Of a DNA stretch of 64,000 nt, positions 54,616-64,000 are shown piece by piece. A program made the position numbers and the translations under genes. Each line of letters begins with the position of its first letter. Positions within the stretch are counted from its first letter, which is position 1. Source of the DNA: Clostridia bacterium (GTDB lineage Bacteria; Bacillota; Clostridia; UMGS1883; UMGS1540); contig JAZSIR010000003.1 in the NCBI GenBank assembly GCA_045533905.1, forward strand, positions 28,976 through 92,975. Direction: 5' to 3'. The notes beneath the pieces are model-generated. The model saw only the letters and a program-made list of their open reading frames with translations. It made no database searches and had not been told where the DNA came from.

Positions 54616-56276
54616 AGCTCCACCTGCCCTTCAAAAACGTTGTTCTCAAGAACGAGAGTTTTTACGGGCGCTTCCTTACAGATGGCATCTTCCTCGCGCT
54701 TTACAAACACATTATTTTGTATCGTGATCGCCCGGTGCTGCCGGTTTGCACGCTCCGGTCTGCAGCTGTGAATCTGAATATTTTTATATGCCGTGCCGCC
54801 AAATACGTTGCCTTCTATCAGAACATTTTCCACCGCGCCGCCTTCGGCCCAGAAGGTGAACAAATCGTCAATATATATATCCGCATTCCGAAGGGAGAGT
54901 GTATTGTTTTTGATGACCATATTTTTCGAGGAGAGGCGCATATGGGGGCAATCGGTGATCTTGTTGTTTTCGATGTGCACCTCGGGCATACTGCTTCTGT
55001 TTTCCACAATCATTCCTTTCAGAATGGGCGCGTCTTCTTCCAGTGTAACTAAAATGGCATCGCGTGTTTCTGCATCGAAGGTGAAGGCTTTCACTTTGGC
55101 CGTACACACCTCGTGCATCGATTCGGGGTCCGAGAAATAGAGAACATCGCCCTCGCGGAGCGGTACAATGCCCCGGTGTGCGGCGTGGAAGGTGTGCGCG
55201 AGTTCTATGCGGTTTTTATCGGGCACATGTATAACTTCCATATAAAAGCCGTGGATGTTCATAGCATCGTCATATGTGCTTCGAATCTCGGAATTTCGGA
55301 GCACAAACCGGCCTCTGCAATTGGTAAGGAAAACGCCATCGGCGGTGGTGGGGTAGTATTCGTGCCTTTCCGGCCGGGTTTTAATCTGCAGATTGTCAAT
55401 CGTGATATCTTCGCACACATCGGCAACAAAGCCCATGCCGCCTTGCCTGTAAATCCGCACATTCTCAAGGCGGATGTTTTTCGAGTTTTCACAGAAGAAC
55501 GCCTGCGTCTCGCGGTCATTGTCATAGGCAAAGCATAAAAGATCGCCCGGGAGAAAGGCGGCCTTTCGCGTATCGCCGATGTATTTGATATACACCCTTC
55601 CGTCCCCGCGCTCTTCCGCACAAAATAAAACATTCGGCGCGGCCTGATTCCGTGGCACATCTGTCGCATTTTCCGAATATAAAAATACAATGCCGGCTTC
55701 TTTTCGGTTGATTGCTTTGGTACTGATTTTGAGGTCCTTCGTCGAAAGATGCTCACTGCCGCAGGCAAAAACAATATCTCCGCTTACAATCGTATAGTCA
55801 AAAAGGGAACGGTCGAGAAAAATTTCAAAACCTTCCGCATCGGCAGAGCGAACCTCGGCGAAGGCATAGCGCAGGAAAGAAAAATCAATGCTGAAATTTT
55901 TAAGCGTCACGTTTTCGCACGCCTGCACAAAAAACGGCTGTATCCGGTCGCAAAAGACAAAGTCCGCACCGCCGCCGTCGATGGTGATGTTCTTGGCGCT
56001 TATAAGCGGAAAGGCCGTTTTTTTCGGCCGGCCGTCGCAAAAACTGGAACCGGAGGCGAAAATCGGATATGCACCGCATCCGTCTGCACCGATGTGGTAT
56101 GTACTCTTTTCAAATTCGATTACGGTTTCCGCGGCATCGCCTGCAGTTTTCAGAATTTCGGCAAGGTGCTTTGTAAGATTTTTGGTATTCGCGTGGATTT
56201 GCATATGGTTTTTCAAACAACCACTTCCCATATATAATGTTGACATCTCTATAGTTTTATTATATAATAAATGCAA
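54612..56276 (-). CDS. Right-handed parallel beta-helix repeat protein (putative glycosidase / polysaccharide lyase-like)
   Basis: Repeated PbH1-like segments (NITIDGGGADF..., NVTLKNFSIDF..., NIRLENVRIY..., NNTLSLRNADIYID). 4-nt overlap with the GH39-like gene. Confidence 0.45.
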   Translation of the reverse strand: MHLLYNKTIEMSTLYMGSGCLKNHMQIHANTKNLTKHLAEILKTAGDAAETVIEFEKSTYHIGADGCGAYPIFASGSSFCDGRPKKTAFPLISAKNITIDGGGADFVFCDRIQPFFVQACENVTLKNFSIDFSFLRYAFAEVRSADAEGFEIFLDRSLFDYTIVSGDIVFACGSEHLSTKDLKISTKAINRKEAGIVFLYSENATDVPRNQAAPNVLFCAEERGDGRVYIKYIGDTRKAAFLPGDLLCFAYDNDRETQAFFCENSKNIRLENVRIYRQGGMGFVADVCEDITIDNLQIKTRPERHEYYPTTADGVFLTNCRGRFVLRNSEIRSTYDDAMNIHGFYMEVIHVPDKNRIELAHTFHAAHRGIVPLREGDVLYFSDPESMHEVCTAKVKAFTFDAETRDAILVTLEEDAPILKGMIVENRSSMPEVHIENNKITDCPHMRLSSKNMVIKNNTLSLRNADIYIDDLFTFWAEGGAVENVLIEGNVFGGTAYKNIQIHSCRPERANRQHRAITIQNNVFVKREEDAICKEAPVKTLVLENNVFEGQVEL

Positions 56277-56334
56277 AGGAATACAATAGACAATTTGATA
56301 AATTTGTATGGTATTCGCTTATTCGGAGGGTTTT

Positions 56335-57075
56335 ATGGAAGATATACGTTTTGACGGCGTACTGCACACAAGAATCCGTAGCGTCGAGTACATCAGTGTA
56401 AACCGGAACCGGGGTTTTTCCTTTGGCTTCCGGGAGGGGAAGCCAAACCACACCTTTTTGTATCTCGAAAGCGGGAAAATGGAATACGACTTTGGGGAAG
56501 AGAAGATAGGCGTTCTGGCAGGGGAGTTTTTATACATTCCGCGGCAGCTGCCGTATACGGCCACGTATCTCCAAAACGGCACCACCACCAAAACGATTGT
56601 GTTCTCGGTAGAGGAGGAAGCGTTTTCGGTGATGGAGAAGCCCTTCCTCCGGAAAAGCCTTGCCATTTCGGCGGTGTTTGATTCGATTACGCCGGAAAAG
56701 ATGCGAAATACGGTGTTTTTATTTGCCAAGGCGTATGAGCTCATTTATCTTCTGGAAAATGAAAAAATGAATATCCCCGAAAAATACAAGCAGATTCTGC
56801 CCGCCATAGAAGAAATGAACCGCAAATATTTTGAAAACCGGAAAATGACATACTATGCAAGCCTTTCACATATGAGCGAATCTAACTTCCGCAAGCTTTT
56901 CAAGGAGTATACCGGTAAAACACCGATTGAATACCGCAATCTCGTCCGCCTTGCCGAAGTGAAAAAAATGCTTGCAAGTGGAGAGTTTACCGTAGCCGAA
57001 GCGGCGTATGCGGCCGGATTTAACAATATGTCCTTCTTTTATGAGGTCTATAACCGCGCGAAAAAGGAAATGTAA
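56335..57075 (+). CDS. AraC-family transcriptional regulator
   Basis: C-terminal HTH SLSHMSESNFRKLFKEYTGKTPIEYRNLVRLAEVKKML...AGFNNMSFFYEVY. Divergent from the glycosidase operon. Confidence 0.8.
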   Translation: MEDIRFDGVLHTRIRSVEYISVNRNRGFSFGFREGKPNHTFLYLESGKMEYDFGEEKIGVLAGEFLYIPRQLPYTATYLQNGTTTKTIVFSVEEEAFSVMEKPFLRKSLAISAVFDSITPEKMRNTVFLFAKAYELIYLLENEKMNIPEKYKQILPAIEEMNRKYFENRKMTYYASLSHMSESNFRKLFKEYTGKTPIEYRNLVRLAEVKKMLASGEFTVAEAAYAAGFNNMSFFYEVYNRAKKEM

Positions 57076-57160
57076 AAAAGTCCGGATTGCAAAAAGGCAA
57101 TTACAGTTTTTCTTGTTTTTATGCCCTTCTGTTTCTTTTTTTCCTATTCCCCCAAAAACT

Positions 57161-57201
57161 AAAAGGGACTGTAAAAACTTAGTTTTTACAGTCCCTTTTT
57201 C
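57161..57201. terminator. Bidirectional terminator between AraC and capD
   Basis: AAAA-GGGACTGTAAAAAC-TTAG-TTTTTACAGTCCC-TTTTT. Confidence 0.8.
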
Positions 57202-57211
57202 TGATTCACCG

Positions 57212-59041
57212 TCAGTTCGGCTGGTATTTATACGTGGGAACAACTTCGGAAATAATTTTCTTTACGGATTCTGTATCTGCAGAAAGTGCGCTTTCAAGTT
57301 TCGCGAGCTTTTCCTGCAGAACCTCGGGGCTTATATCGAGCGGCTGGCCGACGAAAATTTTGCTGTGTGCCGTCTTGGTGAGACCTTCCTCCGCCATCAG
57401 AAGCTCTTCGTAAAGCTTCTCGCCGGGACGAAGACCGGTAAACTCAATTTCGATATCCTTTCCGGGGCGGTAGCCGGAAAGACGGATCATCTTTTCCGCA
57501 AGCTCACAGATGCGGACAGGGCTTCCCATATCGAGAACGAAAATTTCGCCGCCCTTTGCATATGCGGCCGCCTGCAGTACAAGCTGCGCGGCTTCCGGAA
57601 TGGTCATAAAGAAGCGGGTGATTTCGGGGTGTGTTACCGTTACGGGGCCGCCGGCCATAATCTGTTTCCGAAAACGCGGGATTACGGAGCCGTTGGAGCC
57701 GAGAACATTGCCGAAGCGAACGGCCACAAATTCGGTTTTGCTATGCCCGCGCTTCGACTGCACAATCATTTCGCACATACGCTTTGTAGCGCCCATTACA
57801 TTCGTGGGATTTACCGCTTTGTCGGTAGAAATCATAACGAAGCGGCGCACGCCGAATTCTTCAGCACACTGCACAGTGTTATATGTGCCGAACACGTTAT
57901 TTTTAATTGCTTCCGCAGGGCTGTCTTCCATCAGCGGCACATGCTTATGGGCGGCCGCGTGGAACACAATTTCCGGGCGGTGTGTTTCAAAAATTTTTGC
58001 AAGCCTTGCGCGGTCACGTACAGAAGCAATCAGAACGCGAAGGTCAAGATTCGGATATTTTTCAGAAAGCTCGTTCTGGAATTCATAGGTGGTATTTTCA
58101 TAAATATCCACGATGACAAGTCTGCGCGGGGAGTATTTTGCAATTTGCCGGCAAAGCTCGCTGCCGATGGAACCACCGCCACCCGTTACCAGAACGACCT
58201 TATCGTAGATTTCCTGCTGCAAAAGCTGATTGTCGAGCGTAATCGGGTCACGCTCGAGTAAGTCTTCAATGGCTACCTCGCGCATCTGCATAAGGGTACT
58301 CTTGCCGTGAAGCAAGGCCTCCATACCGGGGAGAATCTGCACCTTTTTGCCGGTGGAACTGCAAATATCCAGGATTTCTGTTTTGTCCTTCGGCGAAACA
58401 TCATAAATGGCAAAGATAATTTCTTCCACATTTTCTGCCTTTACGATTTCCGGAATATCCTCACGTGTGCCGAGCACCCGGGTGCCGTATACACGCTGGT
58501 GGAGCTTCATCATACTGTCATCGATAAGGCCTACCACGCGGTAGTTAAGCCTATCACTTTCTTTGATATCGCGGAGAAGTGAAACGGCAAGTTTCCCTGC
58601 ACCGATAATCAGAACGCGTTTACCGCCCTTGCCGCCGCGCCCGCTTACAAGCTTACACAAAAAGCGGATGCCGAGGCGGAAGGCTGCGATCAGCATCGTA
58701 ATATCTATGGCCGCTGTGAAATTCAGCTTCGGATAGAATATACCGTCTGCCAAAAAGAGACCGGATAAAATCGTAGCTACACCTGCCACGGCGCATGCAA
58801 ATAAAAGGCGCATATATTCCGATATACTGGCAAAGAGCCAGTCCACCTGATAAATATGAAACGCCGACAGAGAGGCCAGATAGAAAACGGAAGCAACACA
58901 AATTACGGGAAGCCCTTTTGTGAAGTACCAGCCAAACTCAGCGAGCGGGAAAATGCTTATCAGGACGAATATATACGCGAAGAAGCATAAAAGAATATCG
59001 ATGGGAAAAACGTAGCGATTTCGTATGTTTAATTTAATCAT
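57212..59041 (-). CDS. Membrane-anchored polysaccharide biosynthesis protein CapD/PglF-like (UDP-sugar 4,6-dehydratase)
   Basis: N-terminal TM helices, a CoA-binding-like domain, and an SDR fold VLVTGGGGSIGSELCRQI. Confidence 0.8.
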   Translation of the reverse strand: MIKLNIRNRYVFPIDILLCFFAYIFVLISIFPLAEFGWYFTKGLPVICVASVFYLASLSAFHIYQVDWLFASISEYMRLLFACAVAGVATILSGLFLADGIFYPKLNFTAAIDITMLIAAFRLGIRFLCKLVSGRGGKGGKRVLIIGAGKLAVSLLRDIKESDRLNYRVVGLIDDSMMKLHQRVYGTRVLGTREDIPEIVKAENVEEIIFAIYDVSPKDKTEILDICSSTGKKVQILPGMEALLHGKSTLMQMREVAIEDLLERDPITLDNQLLQQEIYDKVVLVTGGGGSIGSELCRQIAKYSPRRLVIVDIYENTTYEFQNELSEKYPNLDLRVLIASVRDRARLAKIFETHRPEIVFHAAAHKHVPLMEDSPAEAIKNNVFGTYNTVQCAEEFGVRRFVMISTDKAVNPTNVMGATKRMCEMIVQSKRGHSKTEFVAVRFGNVLGSNGSVIPRFRKQIMAGGPVTVTHPEITRFFMTIPEAAQLVLQAAAYAKGGEIFVLDMGSPVRICELAEKMIRLSGYRPGKDIEIEFTGLRPGEKLYEELLMAEEGLTKTAHSKIFVGQPLDISPEVLQEKLAKLESALSADTESVKKIISEVVPTYKYQPN

Positions 59042-59751
59042 ACAGGTTCACATCTCCTTGTGCTCATCATAGAATTCGCGCGTTCGGTAAAGAGGGCATC
59101 CGCCTCTTTCGGAAATCTTCTGTGCACATAGCGGAAGGCCTTCTGCATTCCGCATTTTCGGGTAGTGGTATTATGCATATCGCTGGAAAAAATAAGGGGT
59201 ACGCCCGAGGAAAGCATCTTTTTTAGAAATCTTCTTCCGCGGAAGGAGGAAGCGATGCCTGCATTGAGCTGATAGGTAACGGGAAGCCCCCGAAGATCTG
59301 CCATAATACGGTCAGCCTGCGCATATCGTTCGATATGGGCCATAACCGGCAGGAACCCTTTCAGGGTGAGGGAATATATCCATTCACTCCATTCGGGGTT
59401 ATATCTTGTGAAAGGAAGCTCTAAAAGCATATACGGAGAATCGCCTATGCAAATCTTGTCTATGCCGGGCATATCGTGAATGGCCTGATCGAAAAACAAT
59501 TCCGCACCGAGGAGAAGCTCGGGAAGCGGCAGGGCACTTTCTTCCATAGCTGCCCGAAGCAAAGAAACACTTTTTTCGCGGCGCTCCCAAAAGAGCTCCA
59601 GCGCATTTTCTTTATGCAGAATCAGGTGCGGGGTGGCGGCCACAGTGCGAACGCCCTGCTTATAGGCGTCAGAAAGCATCTCAAGGCTTTCGGACACACT
59701 CCGGGCGCCGTCATCTATACCGGGAAGAATATGTGTATGTAAATCAAGCAT
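59038..59751 (-). CDS. Protein-tyrosine phosphatase CpsB/YwqE (PHP family)
   Basis: MLDLHTHILPGIDDGA...ATPH motifs. Confidence 0.85.
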   Translation of the reverse strand: MLDLHTHILPGIDDGARSVSESLEMLSDAYKQGVRTVAATPHLILHKENALELFWERREKSVSLLRAAMEESALPLPELLLGAELFFDQAIHDMPGIDKICIGDSPYMLLELPFTRYNPEWSEWIYSLTLKGFLPVMAHIERYAQADRIMADLRGLPVTYQLNAGIASSFRGRRFLKKMLSSGVPLIFSSDMHNTTTRKCGMQKAFRYVHRRFPKEADALFTERANSMMSTRRCEPV

Positions 59752-59756
59752 TCAAA

Positions 59757-60527
59757 TCACTTCTTTTTTGCGGCGTTTTCAATTTCCTCTTCTCTGTCAT
59801 CGCCGTAGTATGCGGCGCGGGAACGATAATTCCGCCGGTAATAGCCGTATGTACGGGAAGCACTTTCACTGCCGACCATAATGGCACCGAGAATTTTGGC
59901 ACCGGCTTTCGCTACCGTTTCCATCGTTTCGTCCAGTGCATCATACTGGGTAACATTCTCACGGATAACGAGCACCACGCCCGTTGCATACTTCATAGCA
60001 ATTGCGGCGTCGGTAACTACCGTGATTGGCGGCGTGTCTATAAAAATATAATCATATCTTTCGCGAAGCGTGTCAAGAAGCTTTGCAAACTCTTCTGTTT
60101 CCAGAAGCTCGGCGGGGTTCGGGGGGATGGTGCCTGCCGTCATACAGTCGAGATTTTCTCTTACATTCTTCTTGATGGCTGTTTCAAGGTCAGTAAACCC
60201 GCAAAGGACATTCGAAACGCCTTCTGCTCTTTCAAGACCTAAATATTTGTGCACTCTGGCCTTGCGCAGGTCACAGTCCACGACAATAACCTTCGCACCG
60301 GTCTGCGCAAACGTGATGGCGAGATTGATGTTCGTAGTGGATTTGCCTTCGCCGGGGGTAGCGCTCGTAACGACGATAACCTTACCCTTATCCGACTTCG
60401 GCATCGAGAACATAACACTTGTACGGATGGCTTTATACGTTTCCACCGTATTGAAGTTGGAGGCGTCGGAGAGAATGCGGTCTGTTGCAAGAACTTCAGT
60501 CTGGTTTTTCTTCTTGAATATCATCAT
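59757..60527 (-). CDS. BY-kinase ATPase (CpsD/YwqD-like tyrosine-protein kinase)
   Basis: Walker A VTSATPGEGKSTT, DxD, and a C-terminal Tyr cluster YGYYRRNYRSRAAYYGDD. Confidence 0.85.
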   Translation of the reverse strand: MMIFKKKNQTEVLATDRILSDASNFNTVETYKAIRTSVMFSMPKSDKGKVIVVTSATPGEGKSTTNINLAITFAQTGAKVIVVDCDLRKARVHKYLGLERAEGVSNVLCGFTDLETAIKKNVRENLDCMTAGTIPPNPAELLETEEFAKLLDTLRERYDYIFIDTPPITVVTDAAIAMKYATGVVLVIRENVTQYDALDETMETVAKAGAKILGAIMVGSESASRTYGYYRRNYRSRAAYYGDDREEEIENAAKKK

Positions 60528-60536
60528 TTTCCCTCC

Positions 60537-61223
60537 TTACTGTGCTACGTTGCCTAAGATGGAGATGCCGTAGCGCTTTTCCACATCTTCGCCACGGTGT
60601 ACAGTCTTATCAAAATAGTTCCGCAAAAATACCAGAACAAAGGCAAGCCCGGCGCCAATAATAAAGCCGAGAAGGGCGCTTCTTGTCTTATTTGTGCCGA
60701 GCGGTGTGGATTCTTCACCTACGGGGTCTACTACAACAACATAGCCGCCGTTCAGCACATTTTTGAGCTTGTCGGGCGCTTTGTTCAGAATCGCCATCGC
60801 GATGTTGCGGGCATCCTCAGGATTGGAATTTATAACGGAAACGGACAGAAGCTCCGTGTCATTTACAGAGGAAACGGAAGTCATAGAGCGGATGGCCTTC
60901 CAGCTGTAGTAGCCGCCGGTGGCTTCGCTGACATCGTTCAGAAACGAGCGGGAGCGGAGAACTTCTATGTACACTTCACCAAGAGCGCGGGAAGTAAAAA
61001 TATCACTCTGGTCAATCGTGTCGCCTGCAAGTACGGCTGTTTTGTTGCTGACGTAGAGCAGGCCGTCTGCCTTATAGCGCGGTGCGGTGAAGAAGGCAGT
61101 TCTTACAAACATAAACACTGCGAAGAGGACAGCAAGTCCCGCAATGAAAAATTTATTTGCCCAGACGAGATAAAAAAGATCTGTGATAGCGAATTCTTTG
61201 TTATTCTGGTTCAAAGGTTTCAC
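60537..61223 (-). CDS. Wzz/CpsC-like chain-length determinant (BY-kinase transmembrane activator)
   Basis: Two TM segments flanking a periplasmic domain. It is adjacent to the kinase gene. Confidence 0.75.
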   Translation of the reverse strand: MKPLNQNNKEFAITDLFYLVWANKFFIAGLAVLFAVFMFVRTAFFTAPRYKADGLLYVSNKTAVLAGDTIDQSDIFTSRALGEVYIEVLRSRSFLNDVSEATGGYYSWKAIRSMTSVSSVNDTELLSVSVINSNPEDARNIAMAILNKAPDKLKNVLNGGYVVVVDPVGEESTPLGTNKTRSALLGFIIGAGLAFVLVFLRNYFDKTVHRGEDVEKRYGISILGNVAQ

Positions 61224-61329
61224 TCCCCATTTTGATAATTATATAAAGAAGTATATCAAAAAAACCGCGGAGTGTCAAGGATTTTCGAAAAAGAAACTTT
61301 GCCCCTCCGGCGGCAAAAACCGAAAAATC

Positions 61330-61358
61330 TTGCGCATTCGGAAAAAATGTGCTACAAT
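61330..61358 (+). promoter_or_regulatory. Putative promoter for metF-metH
   Basis: TTGCGC, a 17-nt spacer, and an extended -10 TGcTACAAT. Confidence 0.45.
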
Positions 61359-61388
61359 AGAAAAAATAAGGAAAGAAGGAATGTACGG

Positions 61389-62264
61389 ATGAAATTAACA
61401 GAACTTTTTAAGGATGATGCTCTGCATCTGTCTTTTGAGGTGTTTCCGCCAAAGACGGATTCGGCTTTTGACTCGGTCAAATCTGCCACGGAAGAGATTG
61501 CAAAGCTTCGTCCTTCCTTTATGAGCGTTACCTACGGCGCCGGCGGTGGCACAAGCCGCTATACGCTTGAGATTGCCAAAAACATCAAGGCGCAGTATGG
61601 CGTGCCGACACTGGCGCATCTTACGTGTGTATCGTCCACGCGCGAAACGGTGCAGGAAAAAATCCGCGAGATGCGCGAGGCGGGCATTGAAAACGTAATG
61701 GCGCTTCGCGGGGACCTTACGCCCGAGCTTTTAGAGAGCGACAGAAGCGGATGGGCCTATCGCCATGCGACAGACCTCATTTGCGATATCCGCGAAGGCG
61801 GCGCCGATTTCTGCATCGGTGCGGCCTGCTACCCGGAGGTGCACCCCGAAAGCGAAAACCAGAAAGAGGATATCCGTTACCTCAAAGAAAAAGTGGATGC
61901 CGGATGTTCGTTCCTTACGACACAGATGTTTTTTGATAATAATCTTCTGTATAATTTTCTCTATAAAATCCGTGAGGCCGGCATTTCCGTGCCTGTGATT
62001 CCCGGCATTATGCCGATCACAAATGCAAAGCAGGTGGAGCGCGCACTTACGCTTTCCGGCTCCTTTGTGCCCCAGCGGTTTAAGAGCCTTGTCGATAAAT
62101 TCGGACATTCGCCGCTTGCTATGCGCGATGCGGGCATCGCCTACGCGACCGACCAGATTATTGACCTTTTTGCAAACGGTATCCAGAACGTACATGTATA
62201 TTCTATGAACAAGCCGGAGGTTGCCGAGAAAATTCAGAGCAATCTGTCTGCGATTTTAGGATAA
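61389..62264 (+). CDS. metF: 5,10-methylenetetrahydrofolate reductase
   Basis: FEVFPPKT, SVTYGAGG, and TCV motifs. The start was moved to an internal ATG. No metV or hdr genes are adjacent. Confidence 0.85.
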   Translation: MKLTELFKDDALHLSFEVFPPKTDSAFDSVKSATEEIAKLRPSFMSVTYGAGGGTSRYTLEIAKNIKAQYGVPTLAHLTCVSSTRETVQEKIREMREAGIENVMALRGDLTPELLESDRSGWAYRHATDLICDIREGGADFCIGAACYPEVHPESENQKEDIRYLKEKVDAGCSFLTTQMFFDNNLLYNFLYKIREAGISVPVIPGIMPITNAKQVERALTLSGSFVPQRFKSLVDKFGHSPLAMRDAGIAYATDQIIDLFANGIQNVHVYSMNKPEVAEKIQSNLSAILG

Positions 62265-62265
62265 T

Positions 62266-62934
62266 ATGGAAACGATTGTATATACAAAAACTTTTCCGGC
62301 GCCGCCCATCGGGCACGAAGAAATTCTTCGCTACGCCGGCGCGGCGGAGAAAGATAAGGAAATCATAGAGGCGTGCCTTTCGGAAGTGCTTCCGAAGCTT
62401 TCGTATAAGGTTTGCTATATGGAGCTTCCCGCGCTCCATACGGAAGACGGTGTAAGCCTTGGCGCTTTTGCACTTTCCGGCGAAACCGCAAAAAAGCACC
62501 TTGCAGGTTGTCATACGGCCATTGTATTTGCTGCTACAATCGGCATAGAAATGGACAGGCACATTGCAAAATACGGCAGGTTGTCTCCTTCAAAAGCACT
62601 TTTTATGCAGGCCATAGGCGCAGAACGCATCGAAAGCCTTTGCGATGCATTTTCGAAAGAGATGGAAACGGAATACGCGGCAAAAGGCGCATACACGCGC
62701 CCGCGCTTCAGTCCCGGGTATGGAGACCTGCCGCTTTCCGTGCAGGGAGATATATTCGCGGTCCTTTCGCCTCACCGCAAAATCGGCCTTTCATTAAATG
62801 AAAGCCTTCTGATGTCGCCCACAAAATCGGTGACGGCGTTCATCGGCGTTTCAAAAACGGCATGTGCGGGCGAAGAAGAGCACAACTGCATAATTTGTGG
62901 GAAGAAGGACTGTGCATACAGGAGAGACGTATGA
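62266..62934 (+). CDS. Methionine synthase activation-domain protein (stand-alone AdoMet-binding reactivation domain of split MetH)
   Basis: 222 aa resembling the MetH C-terminal activation domain, with a C-terminal Cys motif CIICGKKDC. ATGA overlap with metH. Confidence 0.55.
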   Translation: METIVYTKTFPAPPIGHEEILRYAGAAEKDKEIIEACLSEVLPKLSYKVCYMELPALHTEDGVSLGAFALSGETAKKHLAGCHTAIVFAATIGIEMDRHIAKYGRLSPSKALFMQAIGAERIESLCDAFSKEMETEYAAKGAYTRPRFSPGYGDLPLSVQGDIFAVLSPHRKIGLSLNESLLMSPTKSVTAFIGVSKTACAGEEEHNCIICGKKDCAYRRDV

Positions 62935-64000
62935 ATATTTTAGAGTATCTGAAAGAAAATATTGTATTTTTGGATGGCGGCACAGGCACGCTCTTGCAGG
63001 AAGCAGGGCTTCGCCCGGGGGAAAAGCCTGAAACCTGGAACCTTTCGCATCCTGATGTGGTGAAGAATATCCACAAAGCGTACTATGATGCCGGCAGTAA
63101 TATCGTAAGCGCCAACACCTTCGGCGCAAACCTTCTGAAGTTTTCGGAGGCGGAGCTTGAAGAAGTCATCCGTGCGGCGATGGAAAATGTAAAAGCAGCC
63201 AGGGATGAAAGCTGCGGCACACAGGAAAAATGGGTTGCCTTTGACATTGGCCCCACCGGCCGTATGCTCGCCCCGTACGGCGATTTCGATTTTGAAGAGG
63301 CCGTTTCTGTCTTTGCGGCGAGTGTGCGCCTTGCCGAAAAATACGGTGCTGAAATTCTGTTCATCCAGACGATGAATGATAGCTACGAAACAAAAGCCGC
63401 GGTTCTTGCGGCAAAAGAAAACAGCAGTCTCCCCGTTTTTGTAGGGAATGCCTACGGGGAGGACGGCAAGCTTATGACGGGTGCATCCCCCGCCGCGATG
63501 GTGGCGATGCTTGAGGGGATGGGTGCCGATGCCATCGGCGTCAACTGTTCGCTCGGGCCGCGTGCCCTTTCGGGCGTTATCGAGGAATATCTCGCGCACG
63601 CCTCGGTGCCCGTGCTTTTAAAACCGAATGCAGGCCTTCCGCGTGCTGAAAGCGGCAAAACGGTCTACGATGTCCTGCCGGAGGAATTTGCGAAAGAATC
63701 TGCAAAGCTTATAGAAAAAGGCGTTCGCATCGCAGGCGGCTGCTGCGGCACAACGCCTCTCTATATAGAAGAACTCATAAAAAAAGCAAAGCGTTTGAAA
63801 CCCGCGGAAATCGTGCCGAAACGCGAAACCGTGGTTTCTTCCTACACCCATACCGTTTCGTTTGGCGACAGCCCCGTTTTAATCGGGGAGCGCATTAATC
63901 CCACAGGGAAAAAGCGGTTCAAGGAAGCGCTCCTTCGGGGGGATATGGAATATATTCTCCGCGAAGGCGTAGCACAGAAAGAACGCGGGGTGCACATTCT
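62931..64000 (+). CDS. metH: Methionine synthase (cobalamin-dependent), N-terminal homocysteine-binding and pterin-binding part. It is partial and runs off the right edge of the window.
   Basis: Hcy S-methyltransferase motifs LDGGTGT, GAD, GVNCSLGP and GGCCGTTP. Open to the window end. Confidence 0.85.
   Translation, partial: MNILEYLKENIVFLDGGTGTLLQEAGLRPGEKPETWNLSHPDVVKNIHKAYYDAGSNIVSANTFGANLLKFSEAELEEVIRAAMENVKAARDESCGTQEKWVAFDIGPTGRMLAPYGDFDFEEAVSVFAASVRLAEKYGAEILFIQTMNDSYETKAAVLAAKENSSLPVFVGNAYGEDGKLMTGASPAAMVAMLEGMGADAIGVNCSLGPRALSGVIEEYLAHASVPVLLKPNAGLPRAESGKTVYDVLPEEFAKESAKLIEKGVRIAGGCCGTTPLYIEELIKKAKRLKPAEIVPKRETVVSSYTHTVSFGDSPVLIGERINPTGKKRFKEALLRGDMEYILREGVAQKERGVHI

Overview
This is a 64-kb chromosomal window from a moderately GC-rich, probably spore-lineage Clostridia-type anaerobe. 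The taxonomy is inferred from the gene content: SASP, SpoIIIAA, Hdr/Flx, split MetH and a BY-kinase capsule module. Coding is dense and most loci are organised as operons.

Left to right, the window contains:
- a partial nagA (minus strand), then a GH116 beta-glucosidase/glucosylceramidase-like gene, a LacI-family regulator, a D-2-hydroxyacid dehydrogenase and an SNF-family Na+ symporter;
- a tightly packed putative redox operon: ldh, hdrB-hdrC-hdrA, mvhD/flxD, flxC-like, flxB-like (AsrA-like), flxA-like (AsrB-like), then SdhB-like and SdhA/FrdA-like genes, an AAE/SucE-like transporter and the two subunits of a class I fumarate hydratase;
- hup, a repeat-rich intergenic island, a SASP gene (minus strand), mutS, a QueT-like gene and an Imm-superinfection-like small membrane protein;
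- lon (minus strand), an orphan spoIIIAA, nadK, argR, recN and an ABC-F ATPase;
- a GntR/ABC-2 module (minus strand);
- an operon of a ceramidase-like gene and a GH5 gene (minus strand), an AraC regulator, and a sialidase interrupted by an in-frame TGA;
- a non-coding region of about 1.1 kb carrying two tRNA-Ser genes and tRNA-derived repeats;
- a pyrimidine operon pyrC-carB-pyrK-pyrD-pyrF-pyrE-pyrB, with no carA and with PyrB fused to a PyrI zinc domain;
- U32-like, QueG-like, GH39-like and beta-helix genes (minus strand), then an AraC regulator;
- a cpsC-cpsD-cpsB-capD module (minus strand);
- metF, a MetH activation-domain ORF, and the 5' end of metH.

The most notable candidate system is the ldh/Hdr/Flx/SdhAB-like/transporter/fumarase cluster. 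It is a plausible soluble, NADH-dependent, possibly electron-bifurcating fumarate-reduction module. Several families of short repeated intergenic structured elements are also present.
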